Source of the DNA: a virus
Taxonomy: Duplodnaviria; Heunggongvirae; Uroviricota; Caudoviricetes
Length of the DNA: 15,765 nucleotides
Virus record (IMG/VR): IMGVR_UViG_2571042870_000013
Coordinates: 1 to 15,765 of that record
Strand: one strand, 5' to 3'
The notes beneath the pieces were generated by a model, which did not search any database, was not told where the DNA came from, and was given only the letters and a program-made list of their open reading frames with translations. Shown here piece by piece: positions 8,570 to 15,281 of the stretch (position 1 is its first letter; each line of letters starts with the position of its first letter). The translations under genes were made by a program, and so were the position numbers.

Positions 8570-9462
8570 TTTAATACCTCTTTGTTTACTGGGGTTAATA
8601 TCTGAGATGGTAGTTCTGAAAGATTCTCTTGTTCAAGTATATGTTGAAAGCTTTTATTCATCATTATGATGTTAAAAATCTCATTTACTATTAGTAGGTT
8701 GGTTTTTATGAATTTTGAGTTGTTATAAACAGATTTATGTTCAGCGATACTATTTTCATAAAGCTCAATCAACTCCTCTGCAGTCATCCTTTTTGATGGT
8801 TTGTGATAATAAAATCCGGCTGCTTTTGCACCTTTATTCCCAACTGTTCTTTGATTTAGAATGTGTTTTATCTTTATAATGTCCCGACTTTTTATTAATT
8901 TTTTATCATATGCTTCGGTAAGAATATCTTGTGCTTCCTCAGTTTCACATCTTGCAAATTGCACTGCGAGATACAGAGGCAAATTACCCCGTTCGACTGC
9001 TGAGAGAAGTTTATGCTCTCCCTTATCAAGTAGCATATTAATACTGCTCACCCAGTTCGATGAATATCCAGTAATCTCACTTATTTCGGAGTCTGAAAGT
9101 CCTCTGATTTTCATGTCTTTAATCACCTGTAATAACTCATTAGAACGTGGTCTTCTCCTTGCAATGTTTTCAACTAAACTCATAACGTAAGCATCTTCTT
9201 CTGATACATCTCTTATAATTGCTGGAATAATAGTTTCACCTAATGCAACGAGAGCCTCTATTCTCCCTTGACCACAAATTAAAGCATATTTGAAATCGCC
9301 TTCATCAATAGCTCTTACGCTTATTGGCTTGCTTAATCCTCTTTTTTTTATGCTTTCCTTTATTTCTTCATGCACTACCTTATTTCTTGTTCGTGGGTTA
9401 AGAAATTTTATTTTTGCAATCTCAATTTGAATTATTGGGAATTCATTTTTTTCAGGCAGCAT
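8566..9462 (-). CDS. ParB/Spo0J/KorB-like DNA-binding protein with HTH (ParB-like partner 1)
   Basis: 298-aa ORF. Colinear with ParB-family N-domains: NPRTR, PISVR, GQGRIEALVALGETIIPAIIRDVSEEDA, then the arginine box LVENIARRRP, then an HTH (GLSDSEISEITGYSSNWVSSINMLL). Its start overlaps the end of the serine recombinase gene by 11 nt (9452-9462). Confidence 0.72.
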   Translation of the reverse strand: MLPEKNEFPIIQIEIAKIKFLNPRTRNKVVHEEIKESIKKRGLSKPISVRAIDEGDFKYALICGQGRIEALVALGETIIPAIIRDVSEEDAYVMSLVENIARRRPRSNELLQVIKDMKIRGLSDSEISEITGYSSNWVSSINMLLDKGEHKLLSAVERGNLPLYLAVQFARCETEEAQDILTEAYDKKLIKSRDIIKIKHILNQRTVGNKGAKAAGFYYHKPSKRMTAEELIELYENSIAEHKSVYNNSKFIKTNLLIVNEIFNIIMMNKSFQHILEQENLSELPSQILTPVNKEVLK

Positions 9463-11008
9463 ATAGTTCCCTCACTTTCATGCGAGTAATAATTTGTAGA
9501 AGTTTATCAAGATTATCAAATCTATAGAGATCTAATCGAATGTTGTTTGTTTCCGTCATGCACATTTTATTATATTCGTTTTCAATCTTTGGTATGATAT
9601 AAAAATCAAGAGGTGAAATATTTTGTGAATTCATTCGTATAACAATTGTTATGTCTGCTTTCTGTGAGTTATCAAACCGGACTTTCCATCTAAGTTTACC
9701 TGATTTCATATGTATGCATTTAGTAACAAGGACGGAAATTAAAAACTCATCATTGATGTAAAGCATTGGGGCATATTTATACTCGTCTATATGACAGTTA
9801 CTTTTTAAAATTTCACCCTTAAAATCCTCAATTATCTCTGAGTAAAATGATCTTAGTGCTTCATTTATTTTGAGATAGCTGTAATCATGTTCTGGCTTAT
9901 AACCAATCAAAGTATATGCTCTTAAAAGACCACCAAATCGGGTTCTATAAACAGAAGATGAAGGGCCTGTATCATCTTCATCAATGATAAAGCCTGATAG
10001 TTTTCCATTAGATTCTAATTTTTGTTTTAGTTTTTCTAATAGATCTTCATTAGTCAAATGAATGGATCGGAGCTGAATTATTTCTTGAGCTTTATTGTAT
10101 TTTTTCTTTGAAATAATAGGTTTATATGCCTTGTCACATCTAACCCATTCATGTTTGGGGTTTTTTACAAGCCTACTTTTTAATTTAGATGAGGTTTTGT
10201 TATATATGTTGTTTCCAATATATTTTTCATTTGTCAAAATTTGATGTATTTTTGCACGAGTCCATAATGTTCCATTTTCTGCAGGTATGTTCTGTTCATT
10301 TAATCTCTCAGCAATAATGAATTCTGGGACGTTATTATCTATAAAGAGATCATATATTCTATTTACAATTTTTATTTCATTTTTTGGTCCCGGAATTAAT
10401 ATTACCCTATCTGTTTGAATACTCTTTCTTTTGCGGAAACTCAATATTTCTTTAGCTATGCCATTTTCGTCTACTAAAAGACGTCTCAGCCCATAACCAG
10501 CCATACCGCCTTGATGATAACCAAGCTTTATTAAATTTACTTGCCCTATAAATACCTTTTCAGATAGATTCCTGCTGTGATATGCAGCACTAGATCTTTT
10601 TATATTCAGTATAACAGAGGACTCTAAAGGGAAATCTTTAGTGGGTATAGGTTCGGAACAATATATAAGATCTACACCATTTCTCTCAAATAGAAAGGAA
10701 TAATATGCCGCTTCATCACTATTTTGAAAACGACCAAAACGGCTCACATCATAAAATAATACAGCCTGTATATCTATTTTCTTTTGTTCTACATCGCTAA
10801 GTAACTGCTGCAAAGAATGCCTGCCTACGATACTGACTCCGCTCTTACCTGCATCATCGTAGGTATAAGCGATTTCCATATTGTTCTTTTCAGCATAATC
10901 TTTGATATATTCGGACTGATTATGTAAAGAATATTGCTGATGGTCGGTAGACATCCTCAAGTACTGCGCGACCCTAACTCTATGATTTTTGTCATTTTCG
11001 CTAGCCAT
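9452..11008 (-). CDS. Large serine recombinase (resolvase/invertase catalytic domain plus recombinase domain plus long C-terminal extension)
   Basis: 518-aa ORF. N-terminal catalytic motif YLRMSTDHQ (putative nucleophile Ser20), DDAGKSG, and VLFYDVSRFGR; a recombinase-domain segment (GYHQGGMAGYGLRR...LWTRAKIHQILTNEKYIGNNIY); and about 230 further residues typical of large serine recombinases. SD-like GAGG precedes the ATG at 11006-11008. Confidence 0.88.
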   Translation of the reverse strand: MASENDKNHRVRVAQYLRMSTDHQQYSLHNQSEYIKDYAEKNNMEIAYTYDDAGKSGVSIVGRHSLQQLLSDVEQKKIDIQAVLFYDVSRFGRFQNSDEAAYYSFLFERNGVDLIYCSEPIPTKDFPLESSVILNIKRSSAAYHSRNLSEKVFIGQVNLIKLGYHQGGMAGYGLRRLLVDENGIAKEILSFRKRKSIQTDRVILIPGPKNEIKIVNRIYDLFIDNNVPEFIIAERLNEQNIPAENGTLWTRAKIHQILTNEKYIGNNIYNKTSSKLKSRLVKNPKHEWVRCDKAYKPIISKKKYNKAQEIIQLRSIHLTNEDLLEKLKQKLESNGKLSGFIIDEDDTGPSSSVYRTRFGGLLRAYTLIGYKPEHDYSYLKINEALRSFYSEIIEDFKGEILKSNCHIDEYKYAPMLYINDEFLISVLVTKCIHMKSGKLRWKVRFDNSQKADITIVIRMNSQNISPLDFYIIPKIENEYNKMCMTETNNIRLDLYRFDNLDKLLQIITRMKVRELYAA

Positions 11009-11178
11009 GCACGAAACCTCATGGATGATTCAATACAATGTAGTGGATAAAATTGATCAAATTTCAACCGAATTCAACTGTTTTATCATTGATTAGAGCG
11101 AATTTGGTAGATCTTCGAGGTGTATGATAATCGAGAAGAGATGTGAATTATTTAGCTGATATGACCGACAGCTTTCGT

Positions 11179-11228
11179 TATGTGGACTCAATGTCCCCAT
11201 TTGTAAATGGCTATGCTTAGTCCACATA
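11179..11228. repeat. Nested inverted repeat: 10-bp arms (TATGTGGACT / AGTCCACATA) enclosing an inner palindrome CCATTT-GT-AAATGG
   Basis: Read directly from the sequence in the intergenic region between the P4-type integrase stop (11291) and the serine recombinase start (11008). Outer arms at 11179-11188 and 11219-11228; inner dyad at 11197-11210. Confidence 0.8.
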
Positions 11229-11290
11229 GGTTAATGGTGTGATTATTAATTCTTTAACTAAATCAAGATAGTTAATCCATCATGGGAGAG

Positions 11291-12520
11291 TTATGCGGCA
11301 ATAACTTTGCATTTTTGAGACGAAACATAGTCACTCCACCATTGCATGAGAACCACCCGTTCAGTGAGATACTCTGCACGATTGTAGGCTGCAATTATTT
11401 CATCTTTCTTCGAGTGGGCAAGGGCGGCTTCTAAGACATCAGTCCTAAACTTGCCAGACTCCTCAGCAGCCGTTCTAGCAATGGATCGCATACCGTGAGC
11501 TACAAGCTCACCTCCGAAACCCATACGGATTATGGCCGCATTAGCTGTTTGTTCATGCATGTGATTGAGTGGAGCTTTGATACTGGGGAACACCCACTCT
11601 CTATGCCCGCTGATGACTTTCATTAAATCCAAAACTCGCAAAGCTTCTTTGCTCAGTGGAACTTTGTGAGGCTTCTTCATTTTCATAAACTCCGCCGGGA
11701 TGTTCCACATGCCAGTTTCAATATCAATATCTGACCATCTTGTGCGAACAGCTTCACCTGGGCGAACCCATGTGAGAAGTTGCCACTCAATCAGTAGCCT
11801 TGTTTCCAAACGGATAGAAGCATTGTTTAGAGCAACCAAGAAGCGAGGGAGTTCGGAAGGGGGTAATGCTGGCATATTCTGTTTTTTTGGCTTGCTGAAC
11901 CGTTGCCCCAGGTTGTCTGCCGGGTTGAATTCTATGAGTTCTTCTGTTGCTGCATAGCGGAAAATTTCATTCAGGCGGGATATGATGCGGCGAAGTGTTT
12001 CAAGGACACCTCGTTTTTCTATGGGTTCTAAATGCTGTTTAAGCATTTTAGGGCGAATCTCCTTAATTGGGGTATCACCCAATGTGGAAAAGATATTTCT
12101 CTCTAGGCTTCGCCAGATGTCGTTAGCATGATCTTGGGAGATGCCTGACGTTTTGACTTTCTCATCAAGCCACTTCTTGGCTACTGCTTGAAATGTATGT
12201 TCCGTGGCATCTTTCAGTGCATTGGCTTTTTGGTTGTTATGAACTTGGGGGTCTATACCATTTGTAAGCAACGACAAGTATTCATCACGTAAAGCTCGTG
12301 CCTTCGCAAGTGTAAGGTGAGGATAGGTTCCTAAGCTCACCTTAGTTCGCTTTTTGGTCACAGGCACTGCATATCTGAAATACCAATTTTTCTTCCCTCC
12401 CTTCGCCAGGGGAGCGATTCGCAACAGCAAACCATCGCCGTCAAAAAGGTCAACCTCTTTTTCGGCAGGTTTGGTGCTTTTGATTTCAGTGTCAGTGAGC
12501 TTCTTAGCGATTTTGGCCAT
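11291..12520 (-). CDS. int: P4-type tyrosine integrase (CP4-57 IntA-like); true start taken as the ATG at 12518-12520 rather than the upstream GTG at 12601
   Basis: N-terminus MAKIAKKLTDTEIKSTKPAEKEVDLFDGDGLLLRI...WYFRY matches the characteristic N-terminus of P4-family integrases. C-terminal catalytic region has HGMRS (HxxR) and AAYNRAEY (catalytic Tyr). It is adjacent to a copy of the ssrA 3' end, the classic target of this family. Confidence 0.9.
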   Translation of the reverse strand: MAKIAKKLTDTEIKSTKPAEKEVDLFDGDGLLLRIAPLAKGGKKNWYFRYAVPVTKKRTKVSLGTYPHLTLAKARALRDEYLSLLTNGIDPQVHNNQKANALKDATEHTFQAVAKKWLDEKVKTSGISQDHANDIWRSLERNIFSTLGDTPIKEIRPKMLKQHLEPIEKRGVLETLRRIISRLNEIFRYAATEELIEFNPADNLGQRFSKPKKQNMPALPPSELPRFLVALNNASIRLETRLLIEWQLLTWVRPGEAVRTRWSDIDIETGMWNIPAEFMKMKKPHKVPLSKEALRVLDLMKVISGHREWVFPSIKAPLNHMHEQTANAAIIRMGFGGELVAHGMRSIARTAAEESGKFRTDVLEAALAHSKKDEIIAAYNRAEYLTERVVLMQWWSDYVSSQKCKVIAA

Positions 12521-12618
12521 GTTTGGGACCCTCGATTTTAGGACCCATCTTCGTGGGTCCCATTCAGGGTGCCATAACTCGTAGTTCTCAGCAATTCTCA
12601 CTAGACTACAATAGACGT

Positions 12619-12650
12619 AAAAAAGCCCGCAGAGCTTGTGCTGTGCGGGC
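12619..12650 (-). terminator. Rho-independent terminator (minus strand) between the att core and the integrase
   Basis: On the minus strand the sequence reads GCCCGCACAGCACAAGCTCTGCGGGC followed by TTTTTT: a GC-rich stem of about 7 bp with a loop, then a T-run. Confidence 0.55.
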
Positions 12651-12686
12651 TTAGTAGACTTTACTGAACTTCAGTACATCAATATT

Positions 12687-12731
12687 TGGTGGAGCTGGCG
12701 GGAGTTGAACCCGCGTCCGAAATTCCTACAT
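12687..12731 (-). repeat. ssrA: 45-nt copy of the 3' end of the tmRNA gene ssrA (attachment-site core / direct repeat); not a full ssrA gene
   Basis: The minus strand reads ATGTAGGAATTTCGGACGCGGGTTCAACTCCCGCCAGCTCCACCA, which matches the 3' terminus (T-arm, acceptor stem, CCA) of enterobacterial tmRNA as I recall it. Identity stops after these 45 nt; the adjacent sequence at 12732 onward has no resemblance to the ssrA body. Confidence 0.85.
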
Positions 12732-12846
12732 ACCATTTTCACTATAACAAAAACATTAACTTGCGTTTAAAATCATCAAGTTAGTATTATCTTATGTTTG
12801 TCCGTTTTACTCATTTTTAATGCTCTGTCGCCAATCTGTCGCCACA

Positions 12847-13497
12847 TTATCCGCTGCTTGAGTTGAAATCTGTGGGTTTACGGAGATTAGATCTTATGGT
12901 TTTTTCAGCGATACGAATAGTCGAAAATTTATGCAGGTTCATCAGTGCTATACAAATCCCAAGTGCAAAAAAGTAGCTGGACATTCCTAATCTTTGCATA
13001 TCAGTAAGTTTATTAATTTTCTCTAAAATATGTTGGGTTACTAATCCTTCGTATACAAAAGGTATGGAAGTTATAAAACCGCCAATAAAATAGAATGTTA
13101 AGCTTATCAGCTTTATAGATTTTCTATATATCCAAAAGCGATATCTTTTTTTTGTCCATTTAAATATTTGTTTTTCACTACTAATAGAAATTAGTTTTTG
13201 ACACTTGCTATAGTTATCAATGTCATTAACTGGATCGTTAACACCTAAAAGAATCTCTCTCTGTTCTGGAGTTAGGTTCTTATCTTTTGTTATTGCAGCA
13301 ATACCATAATTATATGCAACTTTCTTGATTTTGGGATCTTCAGTATTCTTATATAGATTGTATGCAAACTCGCTAATGTTTTTGCGCGAGTTGAAAATCT
13401 TATCTTTGGGGAAAACCCAGCCGGATCTTACCGCGAGCATCTGTATGATCGGGGTAATTATCGCGACAGAATACTTAATTATCTCGTTTATGTTCAT
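12847..13497 (-). CDS. Hypothetical small membrane protein (accessory 'moron'-like gene) immediately downstream of the prophage integrase
   Basis: 216-aa ORF, AT-rich relative to the neighbouring int and cI genes. Hydrophobic segments (LISLTFYFIGGFITSIPFVY, MSSYFFALGICIALMNL) suggest 2-3 transmembrane helices. Its start is only 14 nt downstream of the int stop on the same strand, so it is probably co-transcribed with cI-int. No family recognised. Confidence 0.55.
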   Translation of the reverse strand: MNINEIIKYSVAIITPIIQMLAVRSGWVFPKDKIFNSRKNISEFAYNLYKNTEDPKIKKVAYNYGIAAITKDKNLTPEQREILLGVNDPVNDIDNYSKCQKLISISSEKQIFKWTKKRYRFWIYRKSIKLISLTFYFIGGFITSIPFVYEGLVTQHILEKINKLTDMQRLGMSSYFFALGICIALMNLHKFSTIRIAEKTIRSNLRKPTDFNSSSG

Positions 13498-13511
13498 GAT
13501 CCATTGTTTAC

Positions 13512-14528
13512 TTAAATTAAGTTATAAAGAGGGTTTTTTGTTACTGCATCCTCCAGGTGGTCTGGAGAGAAGTGTGCATAAATCATCGTCATTTTAATAT
13601 CTGAGTGCCCTAAAATATCACGTAAAACGAGTATGTTCCCACCGTTCATCATAAAATGGCTGGCAAATGTATGGCGCAGGACGTGGGTGCATTGGCCTTC
13701 CGGTAGTTCAATACCGGCCCGTTTTACCGCCCGTTCAAAGGCTTTTCTGCATGGTGTGAATAATTTCCCTCGGTTTTTGGGTAGCTCGTTGTACAGATCC
13801 TGAGATATCGGTACGGTACGGTTTTTTTTACCCTTGGTCTTTGTATAGGTAATCCGGTATTTCGATAGTTGATGGCCCTGCAGGTTTTCAGCTTCACTCC
13901 AACGAGCACCGGTTGCTAGGCATATTTTTGCAATCATTAGCAGACTGGGGCTTTGAGAATCAGCACAGGCATCCAGCAGACGTTTAATTTCCTCCGGGGT
14001 TAGGAACGCCAGTTCACCCTCCGTAATTTTAAATGTTGGAAGCCCGGCAAGCGGGTTGGGGGCTGACCAGTGGCCCAGCTTTTTCAGTGTACCAAAAACA
14101 GATGATAGGTTGCGCTGTTCAAGGTTTACCGTGCGGGGCTTAACGGGTGACATGAACGAGCCGTCTTCATTTTGGACCTCCCCCTTTAATCTGGCTTCCC
14201 GATATTTTGTGAAATCACCTGCTGTCAGCTCAGAGGCGATGGGATCGCCTAGACCATTACAGATAATTCTAAGTTTCGCCATCAGGCGTTTGGGGTCTGC
14301 GAGTGTTTGACCATATAGGGAATACCACTGCTCAATCACTTCTGATAATCGCCGCCGATCTTCCTTCTCACCAAGCCATGGCTTTTTGTTTACTTCGTTC
14401 ATGGTGAAGTTTTCGAATGCTATGGCTTCGCCTTTCGTGGCAAATTGCTTACGCACGCGCTTGCCATTGCGTCCATTGGGATAGCACTCACACAACCATT
14501 TTCCGTTCGGCTGTTTTCTGATGGTCAT
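13512..14528 (-). CDS. int: P2/186-type phage integrase (tyrosine recombinase)
   Basis: 338-aa ORF. N-terminus (NGKW...RNGKRVRKQF...EAIAFE) and C-terminal catalytic region (HVLRHTFASHFMMNGGNILVLRDILGHSDIKMTMIYAHF) closely parallel P2 Int as recalled (ATHALRHSFATHFMINGGSIITLQRILGH...MVYAHF). Sits directly downstream of a CI-like gene, as in P2/186. Confidence 0.9.
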   Translation of the reverse strand: MTIRKQPNGKWLCECYPNGRNGKRVRKQFATKGEAIAFENFTMNEVNKKPWLGEKEDRRRLSEVIEQWYSLYGQTLADPKRLMAKLRIICNGLGDPIASELTAGDFTKYREARLKGEVQNEDGSFMSPVKPRTVNLEQRNLSSVFGTLKKLGHWSAPNPLAGLPTFKITEGELAFLTPEEIKRLLDACADSQSPSLLMIAKICLATGARWSEAENLQGHQLSKYRITYTKTKGKKNRTVPISQDLYNELPKNRGKLFTPCRKAFERAVKRAGIELPEGQCTHVLRHTFASHFMMNGGNILVLRDILGHSDIKMTMIYAHFSPDHLEDAVTKNPLYNLI

Positions 14529-14529
14529 A

Positions 14530-15162
14530 TCAAAGGCTCTTAATGATTTTCAGTGCACGGCCTACTACCTCAATGTCATCCAGGCCACACTCAAACGATG
14601 AATCATCCTGATGCACTACTAATCTGTTTCCCGGGAGTCGAGTCAATTTAACAATGCTTTTTATCCCGTCGATATCGACTAACCACATACCATTCACTGG
14701 TGGTGTTTGGTTGCGATCTATTAAATAAGAATCACCAGAAGTAGTCACCAGCAGTAGGTTGCTTGAGTCTGAGGGGAGTATGCTGCTATCAATGATTGCT
14801 TTTCCAGCATCGACCAATAAACCACCGTTGAGAGTCGCCTTGTCAATTTCAGGAGATACTAGTTCAGAAAGAGGTACAACCTTGCTGGAGTTCACGGAAT
14901 TGATATTTTTTTTAGGTTCAATGTTTGGACCTGGCTCCCCCTGTCCGGTGGTTAGCCACAGTAAAGAAACTCCTGTTTCCAAGGCGCACTGAATCACCCA
15001 CTCTGCAGGAAAACTATCTCTTAAGTATCTGTTTGCCATGGTGCTTTTTGATGCGCCTAAGTGATCGCAAAGTTGCTGTCTGGACTTGAAATCATAGGCT
15101 GCCATTAGTCTATGGATAGCTTCTCTTCCCCCTGTATTCTCTCCAGCCTTTACCTGTATCAT
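14530..15162 (-). CDS. cI: Phage 186-type CI immunity repressor
   Basis: 210-aa ORF with CALETGVSLLWLTTGQGE and GMWLVDIDGIKSIVKLTRLPGNRL...FECGLDDIEVVGRA, closely matching conserved blocks of coliphage 186 CI as recalled. Transcribed divergently from the Cox/Apl-like and CII-like genes. Confidence 0.85.
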   Translation of the reverse strand: MIQVKAGENTGGREAIHRLMAAYDFKSRQQLCDHLGASKSTMANRYLRDSFPAEWVIQCALETGVSLLWLTTGQGEPGPNIEPKKNINSVNSSKVVPLSELVSPEIDKATLNGGLLVDAGKAIIDSSILPSDSSNLLLVTTSGDSYLIDRNQTPPVNGMWLVDIDGIKSIVKLTRLPGNRLVVHQDDSSFECGLDDIEVVGRALKIIKSL

Positions 15163-15281
15163 TTTTTAATCCTGTTGACGTATCAAATATTGGATCGTAG
15201 TATCTCGATGTATCAAATATTGAATCAATTAAAACGAGATAAAACGACGTAAACCAAACCTTAATCGGGAGATACTGCACT
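15163..15281. promoter_or_regulatory. Prophage lysis/lysogeny switch region: candidate rightward sigma70 promoter (TTGACG 15175-15180, 17-nt spacer, TAGTAT 15198-15203) and two near-identical 17-bp operator-like repeats (15180-15196 and 15210-15226)
   Basis: Read from the sequence. GTATCAAATATTGGATC and GTATCAAATATTGAATC are each internally near-palindromic (ATCAAAT/ATTgGAT) and lie 30 bp apart, between divergent cI and cox/apl-like genes. The first repeat overlaps the candidate promoter spacer. Confidence 0.5.

Larger units (their letters stand above)
1..12731. mobile_element. P4-type-integrase genomic island at ssrA carrying a Type I R-M system, an IS remnant and the AT-rich recombinase/ParB-like module; distal boundary not within the window
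   Basis: The integrase sits next to the ssrA att core and terminator. The cargo is compositionally heterogeneous and contains defence (hsdMSR) and mobility (IS remnant, serine recombinase) genes. The left boundary is not visible, so the extent is an inference. Confidence 0.5.

Noticed and set aside
7859-9190. Plus-strand ORFs 7859-8218 and 8861-9190
   Set aside because: Antisense to the two ParB-like genes, Cys/Phe-rich and low-complexity; chance ORFs.
11700-12584. Plus-strand ORFs 11700-11957 and 12354-12584
   Set aside because: Antisense to the P4-type integrase gene; chance ORFs.
12521-12601. N-terminal extension of the integrase ORF from a GTG at 12601
   Set aside because: P4-family integrases begin MA.K...LTDTEIK, which corresponds to the ATG at 12518-12520. 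The extension contains the GGGACCC repeats, so it is more plausibly 5' leader.
12687-12731. Possibility that a complete ssrA (tmRNA) gene is present
   Set aside because: Only the last 45 nt match; sequence from 12732 onward bears no resemblance to the tmRNA body. It is an att-site copy, so no ncRNA gene is called.
13325-14310. Plus-strand ORFs 13325-13597 and 14056-14310, and minus-strand ORF 13724-13909
   Set aside because: They overlap the well-supported membrane-protein and integrase genes on the opposite strand or in another frame; chance ORFs.
15180-15226. CRISPR-like repeat
   Set aside because: Only two copies of a 17-bp motif, in a phage operator context between divergent regulators; no array and no cas genes.
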